Source of the DNA: Nitrosopumilus sp.
GTDB taxonomy: Archaea; Thermoproteota; Nitrososphaeria; Nitrososphaerales; Nitrosopumilaceae
Assembly (NCBI GenBank): GCA_963662625.1
Contig: OY759726.1
Location: 800,001-864,000 of the forward strand
DNA: 64,000 bases
Direction: 5' to 3'
Shown here: one piece after another, positions 56,444 through 64,000 of the stretch
How positions within the stretch are numbered: the stretch's first letter is position 1
Layout of the letters: each line of letters begins with the position of its first letter
Notes under the pieces: generated by a model
Told to the model about the DNA's origin: nothing
The model's input: only the letters and a program-made list of their open reading frames with translations
Database searches by the model: none
Position numbers and translations under genes: made by a program

Positions 56444-57483
56444 CTGCAGCCCCTTATCGCCCGGGACAGCTCCTCGCTGAGGCCCAGCCTGTCCCTTATC
56501 GGCGCCACTATCTTCACCAGGCAGTCGCCCACGGCCTGCTTGAGGTCCCCCGGGTGCAGCTTCCCGGCCGCAAAGTCCTCCTCAAGCTGGCCAAAGCCCG
56601 CGTACTCGACGTTCCCCCCGAACCTGGCGGGCCTCTCCACCCTGATCGAGTCGAACTCGTGGAAGATCACGGCCCTGGCGATCTCCAGCAGCGGGTTGTT
56701 GTCGGCGTTTGCCTCCTCGCACCACGACTTGCTTATCTTCCTCCTTATCTCGTCGTCTGAGTCGTGAATGAATATGCCAGAGTTCGGGTCAGACTTGCTC
56801 ATCTTCCCGGCGGCCCCCGCATCTTCCCGGGCCGGCCTTGACAGCCCCAGCAGAAGCTTGTGGTGCACCGCCACCGGGACCTTCCACCCCATCTTTGGGA
56901 AGATCTCCCTTACCAGCATGTGTATCTTCCTCTGGTCCATGCCCGCGTGGACGATGTCCAGGTCCAGCGAGTGAATGTCCACTGCCTGCATGGGGGGGTA
57001 GAGCAGCTTCGCAAGGTCGATCTTGGACTCCTCCTCCGACCTGCCCATGATCGTCAGGGTTCGCATGGTCCTCTTCAGCGACACGCGCTTTGTGAATTTC
57101 ATGAACTCCTTCCAGTATTCCTTCCTCGAGTCGTACAGGTCTGACCCTAGCACGATGTTTGCGCCCGGGCAGACCAGCCTGAACGCGTCAGAGTAGTACC
57201 GCGAGACCTCGGAGATCGTCTCCCAGTCGCCGCCCAGCTTGTCGTTGATCACGGTGTGCCAGTCGGCAAGAAACACGGTGCAGTCGACCCCCGCCCTGAC
57301 GAAGTCGTTGATCTTGAAGCCCGTGCTTACCAGGCTGCCCAAATGCAGAAAGCCCGAGATCTCCAGGCCGATGTAGTGCCTCGGGGCGGAGTTGGTCTCG
57401 AACAGCTCGGTAAGCTCGCCGCGCGTGACGACTTCTTCGGTGGGCGCCCTCCCGACCAGCTCCACCTTGTCAATTACATCCAA
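56440..57483 (-). CDS. tyrS: Tyrosine--tRNA ligase
   Basis: YIGLEISG.LHLG, LADWH, YPPMQAVD, GMDQRK, KMSKS. Confidence 0.96.
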   Translation of the reverse strand: MDVIDKVELVGRAPTEEVVTRGELTELFETNSAPRHYIGLEISGFLHLGSLVSTGFKINDFVRAGVDCTVFLADWHTVINDKLGGDWETISEVSRYYSDAFRLVCPGANIVLGSDLYDSRKEYWKEFMKFTKRVSLKRTMRTLTIMGRSEEESKIDLAKLLYPPMQAVDIHSLDLDIVHAGMDQRKIHMLVREIFPKMGWKVPVAVHHKLLLGLSRPAREDAGAAGKMSKSDPNSGIFIHDSDDEIRRKISKSWCEEANADNNPLLEIARAVIFHEFDSIRVERPARFGGNVEYAGFGQLEEDFAAGKLHPGDLKQAVGDCLVKIVAPIRDRLGLSEELSRAIRGCS

Positions 57484-57546
57484 CTACCCGGTCTCTAAAA
57501 AATAAACCTATAAAGCTATTCAAATTTCCGCCGGCGCGGCCCCGGT

Positions 57547-58680
57547 TCAGATTCCCAGACGCCACCTGCTCTTCTTGGACGGTTTTTTTGACAGGTTGTC
57601 CAGCATGTCGTAGGTGATCGTAAACCCGTTGCCCACCATCGTGGCGTCCTTGGCATACACGTCCTTGTCAGGCACGAACTCATCTGCCAGGTCCCTGATC
57701 TTCTTGGTTTTTATGTCGAACAGACGGATCTGCTTGCCGTTGTCAAGCTTGATGGTGGCGTCCCCGCTTATCCCCTGGATTGAGAAAGTCTCAAAGAACC
57801 GGATGGTGCCTCCGCGGACCAGCTCTATGGAGCTGTCGTAGGTAAGCTTGTCGCCGTAAAACAGGATCTCCCGCGCCCGCGCCCGCGCGTCGTCTTCCAT
57901 GTTGAGAACCATGATGGAGTCCGCCTCGAGCAGGACCGTGTTCACCGCGTTTTCCGCGACAATCTTTCCCCGCGGGGCCGACACGCGGGTGCGGTGCTCT
58001 ACCGTGTGGAACAGCCCCACCCTGCCCCCGGGATCCTCCGCCTTGTATTTGCGGCCGAATATGTTTCCCACGACCGCGTTGCCGCCGTCCACCGTCAGCC
58101 TGGCGCCGTTCTCGATCCGGTACTTGTTGTCCAGGGGGTTTACGAACTTGAAGTCGCCCCTGGACACGCGTATGTCGGTCCTGAACTCCTCGGTCCATGA
58201 CGGGCTGGTTATGTTTCCCTGCATGGTGACCGGGCCGTCGTACGTGAGGCTGCCCGCCATGAAGTTTCCCTTGATTGACAGCGAGCCGTTCGCCTTTCGT
58301 TCCAGCTCCATCTCGCCCAGGGTCTTGGAGCCGAACAGCTTGGTGGCAGTAGCGTTTGCCCGGTTCAGCGCCGCCGCCCATTCCTCAGCGGCATGCATCT
58401 CCTTGGACAGCTGCTGGCCCAGGATCTGGTTCTTCCTCCTCACCTCCGCCTCCGAGTCCCCCGAATACACCTTGGAGTTCCGGATCCTCTCGACGTCCGT
58501 ATCGGGGTACTTTTTGCCGATTTTGAGATCCTCGTAGGCCTGCTTGATTCTTATGAACTGCTCGTTTTCCCCGCCCCTGTCTGAGTGGAATTGCAGGGCC
58601 AACCGCCTGAACGCGTCCCTGATCTCCTTCTCGGTAGATCCCTCCACGATCCCCAGGATGTCGTAGTTGCTCTCCATCAT
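57547..58680 (-). CDS. J-domain protein with HSD in place of HPD
   Basis: NYDILG...IRDAFRRLALQFHSDRGG...F..IKQAYE. Confidence 0.85.
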   Translation of the reverse strand: MMESNYDILGIVEGSTEKEIRDAFRRLALQFHSDRGGENEQFIRIKQAYEDLKIGKKYPDTDVERIRNSKVYSGDSEAEVRRKNQILGQQLSKEMHAAEEWAAALNRANATATKLFGSKTLGEMELERKANGSLSIKGNFMAGSLTYDGPVTMQGNITSPSWTEEFRTDIRVSRGDFKFVNPLDNKYRIENGARLTVDGGNAVVGNIFGRKYKAEDPGGRVGLFHTVEHRTRVSAPRGKIVAENAVNTVLLEADSIMVLNMEDDARARAREILFYGDKLTYDSSIELVRGGTIRFFETFSIQGISGDATIKLDNGKQIRLFDIKTKKIRDLADEFVPDKDVYAKDATMVGNGFTITYDMLDNLSKKPSKKSRWRLGI

Positions 58681-58789
58681 TTCCCCCGTTTCAGGTTAAA
58701 ATTCCAATTTTCCTATACTTCTAGTTTTTTACGGCGGGCGGCAGGATGCCGCGCCCGGGCCGGCCAGGGCGCAAACGGAAGAACCAGAT

Positions 58790-59250
58790 CATGTCCTTGA
58801 GAACCCCGTAACGCCGTCAGAGGGGACAACCCGGACCGATCCCTATGACTGCCTCAGAAGCTCTAGGGACTGCCTTTTGTCGTAATAGTTGTAGGCGCCC
58901 CCCTGTCGGGGCATACCACAACGTGTCTGACTATCCGGGCCCCGGGAGGCCGGCCTGGATGTCAAACCCGTCTATGTACGCCCGTGGTGCCTGCAACCGT
59001 GGTTTTCAACCGTAACCACGTAGGCAAGACCGGCCCCCGTGATCAGGGTGGGGCCGCTGTCCTCTGCCGTTCCCAAGGCCCCGGCGATCATTACCCGGCC
59101 GTCAGCCTCCCTGGACGCCGCCGCCTGCCCAGCCTTTCAGGCCAGAATGTCTCGACGCCCCCGCGCTCCCCCGGCCGATGGATGCCACGAGCGTTGCTGG
59201 CGCCGCAAGCCCTGCCTCCGGCGCCTCGACGAGCCGCCTTTCATTCAAAA
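58790..59250 (-). pseudogene. Possible degraded gene remnant
   Basis: Coding-like fragments in several minus-strand frames broken by stops and shifts. Confidence 0.3.
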
Positions 59251-59316
59251 GCCAGTACGGGTTGCGCTTTGCGGTGTTTTAGATTGCCGCCTGAAGCCGC
59301 CCGGGGGCCCCCCGCG

Positions 59317-59955
59317 TCATTTTCTGGATCTTATCACGGCGACGACGGCCACCGCGAGCCCGGCAAGCCCGAGACCTGCCCCCACATAACCGACGTCGGG
59401 CCGCTGGCCGTCCCGCTTGAGGTCGGCCACGTCGTCCCCCAGGTCGTTTACGTACTCGATCAGCGCGGTATGGCCCTCAACCATCTGGGTTACCGTGTAG
59501 TCTGACGGCCTTGGGAACTCTATGTAGGCGCGTTCCTCCACCTTGGGAGGGTGCATTGACAGGCTTATTGGGGTGTCGACTATCGTCCCCAGCACGTTTG
59601 CCTGGTAGTATCCTGCAACCGTCGGGTTTACAAAGGCAAAATATTTTCCCGGCGTGTCGTGGTCTGCTGACAGTGGGAGGGTGATCTTCTCGGTCTTGTA
59701 GGCCAGCTCCACCCTGATCGTTTTTTTCAACCCGACGATCCCGTCCTTGAATTCCTGTTCCGCCAGCTCCAGGCCCGGCTCAAGCGGGCTGATGTAAAGC
59801 TCGACGGCGTTGGTCTCGTTGGACACGACCGGCTCGTTCATCCAGCCTATCTCTACCCTGTAGGGGCCCACGGAATCAATCACATGCGCGTGGGCCGCGC
59901 CCGCCAGCCCCGGAACCAAGAGCAGCGCAAGCAGAACGCCTCCGAGCTTCAACAC
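59317..59955 (-). CDS. Secreted, C-terminally anchored protein with predicted mature N-terminal His
   Basis: Signal peptide ending AHA-H; C-terminal TM plus RSRK. Confidence 0.8.
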   Translation of the reverse strand: MLKLGGVLLALLLVPGLAGAAHAHVIDSVGPYRVEIGWMNEPVVSNETNAVELYISPLEPGLELAEQEFKDGIVGLKKTIRVELAYKTEKITLPLSADHDTPGKYFAFVNPTVAGYYQANVLGTIVDTPISLSMHPPKVEERAYIEFPRPSDYTVTQMVEGHTALIEYVNDLGDDVADLKRDGQRPDVGYVGAGLGLAGLAVAVVAVIRSRK

Positions 59956-60057
59956 TGGTAAAGTCTCCCATGATTTTAAAAAGATTTATTGGCGCGCCGT
60001 GCAGAACCGCCGCCCCCGGTTTCAAAAGGTTAAATACTGTCTGTTGAGAATTGCAAT

Positions 60058-60315
60058 GTGCCAACCGCCTATGTCCTGCTGAACTCCGACCTCGGAACAG
60101 ACCAGTCAATCATAGACGAGGTAAGGCAGATCCTGTCAAACGAGGACCTCGACTACGAGGTGCAGGGGGTCTACGGCGTGTACGACATCGTCCTCAAGCT
60201 GTCCTCGGACGACGGGGAGAAGATACGGGCGACGATCACTAACAAGATTCGAAGGATAAGCAAGGTACAGTCCACGCTCACGATGATGGTGATAGAGGAG
60301 CAGGAACAGCTATAG
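60058..60315 (+). CDS. Stand-alone Lrp/AsnC ligand-binding (RAM) domain protein
   Basis: AYVLLN, VYGVYDIVLK, IRRI..VQST.TM. Confidence 0.9.
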   Translation: MPTAYVLLNSDLGTDQSIIDEVRQILSNEDLDYEVQGVYGVYDIVLKLSSDDGEKIRATITNKIRRISKVQSTLTMMVIEEQEQL

Positions 60316-61461
60316 GCGCTTCAGGGCATCGACCACCCTGGCCATCTCTGCCTCGGTATTGAAAAAATGCGGGGACGCGCGCACGATCTTCCTGTCAAAA
60401 ATCTCCCTGACCGCCAGGACGATCCCTTCTTTTTCCAACCTTGCCACCACCGCCTCGGGCTCGGTTCCCCCCACGTTAAAGGAGACTATGCTCGTCCGGC
60501 TGCCGGGATCCTGCGGGCCGTACAGCGTGACGCCCCTGATCCCCGACAGCTCCTCTCTCAGCATGCTTGACAGGCGCCGGTTCCTGCTGCGGACGTTGTC
60601 CAGGCCGAATTCCAGCAGAAGTCTTGCGGACGATTCCAGCCCCACGATCCCGACGTAGTTTCTAAACCCGGCCTGGAACCTCTCCGGAATGTCCTTGAAG
60701 GCCAGGCCGCCCCCCTCTGACACCTCCGCGGATTCGGCCCCTATGGATACCGGCTCCAGCAACCCGCTTGATCTCTTGTTGCAGTAAAACAGGCCCGTGC
60801 CCATGGGGCCGCAAAGCCACTTTGATCCATTAAACGACATGAAGTCGCAGTTAATCCGCGAGACGTCGACGTCCGGCACGCACCCGACAGTCTGCGCGCT
60901 GTCCACGAAGAAACTGGCGTCGCCCCCGAGCATCTTCCCTATCTCCTCGACGGGCAGGATGGCGCCCGTGTTGTACAGCGCATGGCTCAGCGCCACGAGC
61001 GCCGTGTCCCCGTCCAACAGCGATCCAAAGCCGTCAAGGTCGAAAAACCCGTCCCCGTCTATCGGCATGTCGTTTATCTTGACCCTGTCCCGCAGCCGCA
61101 GCCAGGGGTAGTAGTTTGCGTGGTGTTCGTGGCCGCCGCCGCGAATGATCATGTTGGAGCCTTCCGGGAATGACAGGCCGTTTGCCACGAAATTTATCCC
61201 GTCCGTGGTGCTCTGGGTGAGGACGACCTCCTGGGGCCGGCAGTTGATGATCCTCGCGATTGCCTCCCTGGCGCCATCCAGCTTTTCTGAGACGAACGAT
61301 CCAGATCCGGCCGAATCGGGCCCCGCCTCGTTGTAAGAGACCAGAAAATCCCTCATTGCCTCGATGCTCTGACGGGGCATCAGGGACACGGATGCGTTGT
61401 TGAGATAGACCTTTCCGTCGCTTGGAAAGCCGCCAGAAACATCCTTTGCGGCCAAATTCAT
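60310..61461 (-). CDS. Class V PLP enzyme (SufS-like, no catalytic Cys loop)
   Basis: YLNNAS, EHHAN, DSAQTVG, GSKWLCGP.G.G, RASPHFFN. Confidence 0.85.
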   Translation of the reverse strand: MNLAAKDVSGGFPSDGKVYLNNASVSLMPRQSIEAMRDFLVSYNEAGPDSAGSGSFVSEKLDGAREAIARIINCRPQEVVLTQSTTDGINFVANGLSFPEGSNMIIRGGGHEHHANYYPWLRLRDRVKINDMPIDGDGFFDLDGFGSLLDGDTALVALSHALYNTGAILPVEEIGKMLGGDASFFVDSAQTVGCVPDVDVSRINCDFMSFNGSKWLCGPMGTGLFYCNKRSSGLLEPVSIGAESAEVSEGGGLAFKDIPERFQAGFRNYVGIVGLESSARLLLEFGLDNVRSRNRRLSSMLREELSGIRGVTLYGPQDPGSRTSIVSFNVGGTEPEAVVARLEKEGIVLAVREIFDRKIVRASPHFFNTEAEMARVVDALKRL

Positions 61462-61490
61462 TATTATACCTGTGGGAAGATAAGGCCGCA

Positions 61491-62063
61491 TTGGATAAAA
61501 ACCCTTACCGGATTTCCGCCGACAGCCTGGGGCAGATCCGGGAGGATTTTTCATCGCACAACCCGAACATAATCCTGGCCTCGGATCCCTTTCACAAGGC
61601 CGAGCTGGCCACCTCCCTCCTCCGTTCTGCGGACTGCCCCGTGATCTTTCTGGACTTCGACCTGATGTACAGCGGGTATGTCGCGGCGCGGCTGGTCGAA
61701 AGAAGGGAAAACGTCCGGATCATCCGCACCAGCAGGGGGGGCTGGCAGGAGACCCTCCACGGCGTGCTGGGGAAGATCTCCGTGGCCAGGTCCATGGTGA
61801 TCATCGACTCGTTTAACGGGTTTCACAGCATGTATGGCGAAAAAGAATCGGCCAGGTTCGTCAACGCGTCGCTGATGCTCATCTCCTACATGGGAAGCTT
61901 CCGGAAATGCCCCGTGGTGGCCCTCGCCCTGGCCCGGAGGAACGCGCAGAACAGGTGGATCCTGTCGCCCGGCGGAAGGCACATCACGGGGTCTGAGAAC
62001 TCGCGCCTTTACAGCCTCAGAAAAACCGGCGGCGCGCTGTACCTGCAGCAGATCGCGCAGTGA
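61491..62063 (+). CDS. RecA/KaiC-like fold protein with degenerate Walker A
   Basis: VIFLDFD and VIIDSFNG Walker B-like; no GKT; start uncertain. Confidence 0.6.
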   Translation: MDKNPYRISADSLGQIREDFSSHNPNIILASDPFHKAELATSLLRSADCPVIFLDFDLMYSGYVAARLVERRENVRIIRTSRGGWQETLHGVLGKISVARSMVIIDSFNGFHSMYGEKESARFVNASLMLISYMGSFRKCPVVALALARRNAQNRWILSPGGRHITGSENSRLYSLRKTGGALYLQQIAQ

Positions 62064-62168
62064 TCGCGCCGGGCCGCGATTAAAACGCCGTTATAAACCC
62101 CAAACGCCGTTATAGCTCACGGTTTTTAGGCAAATTATATTAAGATCAAAACGCCAGTATGAATTGTA

Positions 62169-62471
62169 ATGCCAGTAGGAATTATTCCGGACATCAGCGA
62201 ACAGATGTGTATAGGCTGTGCACTTTGTGTAGAGATCTGTACGTCTCTGGGCCCAGATGTCCTCCGAGTAAAACCAGTCGAAGGCTGGAAGAGAGGCAAG
62301 GCATTCGTCTACTATCCGGAAAGATGCATCTCCGACGGCGCATGCATTGGCGTGTGCCCGACAAAGGCGATCTTTTGGATGAGGCCGATGGACTTCACCG
62401 TTGGACAACCGGTTCCCCTCTACCAGAACTCAGTCTTCGTGAATGGCTGGGACGAACTCATCAAAGAGTAA
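62169..62471 (+). CDS. 2[4Fe-4S] ferredoxin
   Basis: CIGCALCVEIC and CISDGACIGVCP. Confidence 0.93.
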   Translation: MPVGIIPDISEQMCIGCALCVEICTSLGPDVLRVKPVEGWKRGKAFVYYPERCISDGACIGVCPTKAIFWMRPMDFTVGQPVPLYQNSVFVNGWDELIKE

Positions 62472-62480
62472 GTTCTGCCA

Positions 62481-62500
62481 CTTTTTCCTTTTTTGTCTTG
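62481..62500 (+). terminator. Oligo-T terminator after ferredoxin
   Basis: ctttttccttttttgtcttg. Confidence 0.6.
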
Positions 62501-62599
62501 TGCCAGGTTGGGCCGGCCCCGCGCTTGGGGTCTTGCCCCATCGTCCCCCGCATGGCCGGGACGGCCAACCGGCGGAACCGCGGTGGGCGACACCGCCAA

Positions 62600-63170
62600 C
62601 TCGTAATAAAATACCCGCCCCCGGGCGGGCTTTATCCGAGTCCCCACGCGCCGTCTTTTCGGCACCATCGCACACGACGGCGGCAAGGCCGACGCCGCGC
62701 CCTGCTTTCCACGCCTCCCCCCGCCGCGCCGCGCGGGTAGCCGGGATCCGCCCCTGCCACCACGGCAGGCCCCCCGCACCCGCTGGCGAATCACGCAAAA
62801 GCGGGGAACCCGCGGCTCGTCCAACACCCGCACCGGGCGCGGATCCCCCCGCTGCCAACAACGCTGCCCGGCGCGCCAAAGCCGTCGCGCCTCGGCCCAA
62901 CCCACGGGCCTTCGCCGCCGGCCACGGCATCGCCCTAGGCCGCCGTGATCCCGGCAGGCTCGAACCGCGCCCGCGTGTCAAGCGACGGGCCGTCGGCGCC
63001 AAGCTGCACGCAGACGACGCGGTCCTCCGCACGCGCAAGGGAAAACGAGCCAACCACGGCCGCAGCCGGGAGCGCGACCTGGAAGAACGCCTTAGCGGCC
63101 TGCACCTGCAACCAGCACAAACCCGGAACGGGGAAGCCGCGCAGCCTTTTGAACCCGCGCCGCCCCCGGC
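62600..63170. mobile_element. Possible degraded transposase remnant
   Basis: Apparently non-coding GC-rich gap; weak DDE-like fragments. Confidence 0.22.
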
Positions 63171-63743
63171 CTACAACGCACCTTCGTCCAAACGCTTCCT
63201 CGGCCTGGTACTCAGGTAAAACGCGTGCGAGCTGATTATGAAGGCGGCTAGGAAAACCTTTGTCGAGAAAACCAGGTTCCACGGCCTCTCCGGATCCGGG
63301 TACGCGACCGACAGCATGTCGATGTCGGGCACCCCGCCGTCGATCACGCCCGCGGCGATCACCGCGTTTAGGACAGTAAAGTTGTACAGTACCTCGTACA
63401 GCGTAATGATTGCAAACCCCAGCAGCATTAGCTGCAGCAGGGACATCTTCCACCCCGCGATCTTGTCCCCGGCAGTCTTTTTCCAGCCGATTCTTGAAAC
63501 GCAGTACCACCCAATGACGGTCGAGAAGAATATCCAGGTGGAGACCCTTGCAAAGTTCTCAAACGGGACGGTCGTGTTGTGTATCGCCTCGCCCATCACG
63601 TACGTCCCGTCCTCCATCCACTCAACCATAGTCACGTAGACGCCAAAAACAAAACTTGCAGACATGACCGCGGCGCACACGTAAAAGACGTACAGGTATA
63701 CCTTGTAGCCCAAATCGGCCCTCTCCAGATGGCGGGTCTTCAT
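63171..63743 (-). CDS. Membrane protein (4 TM)
   Basis: Hydrophobic segments, YEVLYNF, PWNLVFSTK. Confidence 0.75.
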   Translation of the reverse strand: MKTRHLERADLGYKVYLYVFYVCAAVMSASFVFGVYVTMVEWMEDGTYVMGEAIHNTTVPFENFARVSTWIFFSTVIGWYCVSRIGWKKTAGDKIAGWKMSLLQLMLLGFAIITLYEVLYNFTVLNAVIAAGVIDGGVPDIDMLSVAYPDPERPWNLVFSTKVFLAAFIISSHAFYLSTRPRKRLDEGAL

Positions 63744-63966
63744 GATGCCGTTTGCATTATCTTTGAAATATAAAAATTCATACGGGGCCGGACGCGCGCC
63801 CCGGCCGCCCGGGCCGGCAGGCACGAAGGCGCCGCGGGCGTCCCCCTGGCAGGCGTGGATCCGCCGGGGCCCGGGCCGGCAGCGCGGCTCCCGCGCCCGG
63901 GGGCGGCGCCAAGGGCCGCCGGATGCAGGTCAAAATTGAAATTACCGGGAGGCCGCAGAACAGCCG

Positions 63967-64000
63967 TTGAAGATCGCCATAAACGAGCCCTTTCTGGGCA
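63967..64000 (+). CDS. Start of a gene, possibly DegT/DnrJ aminotransferase (partial)
   Basis: TTG-KIAINEPFLG; only 11 codons visible. Confidence 0.3.
   Translation, partial: MKIAINEPFLG

Noticed and set aside
58800-58950. Group I intron-like GGATAGTC
   Set aside because: No convincing P/Q/R elements and no host exon

Overview
64 kb of a high-GC ammonia-oxidising archaeon chromosome (Nitrososphaerota/Thaumarchaeota, Nitrosopumilaceae-like gene content and order; the GC richness suggests a Cenarchaeum-like or sponge-symbiont lineage, which is inference). The window spans the replication origin: ORB repeats at about 39.17-39.34 kb beside cdc6/orc1, with both PolD subunits, GINS, PCNA and primase in the window. 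It also carries late cobalamin genes, RNA-processing genes (rnz, thpR, cca), tRNA-Pro(GGG), thermosome, glyA, asd, lysC, tyrS, rpoL and tfs. I found no CRISPR array, rRNA or intact mobile element. The strongest candidates for an undescribed system are: (1) four small predicted DNA-binding proteins next to the origin, one membrane-anchored, lying among dense GTGA/TCAC and GTTAAC motif clusters (possible origin-tethering or cell-cycle module); (2) a KamA-type aminomutase with non-lysine-type substrate residues next to a second, divergent glutamine synthetase (possible beta-glutamate/beta-glutamine pathway). Also notable: a CbiP/CobQ lacking its glutaminase domain, a convergent pair of Trp-periodic helical paralogs, two unannotated tandem microprotein paralogs, an Lrp gene apparently starting at ACG, and a tandem duplication whose decayed copy shows an AT-to-GC substitution bias. 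All calls were made by eye without database searches.
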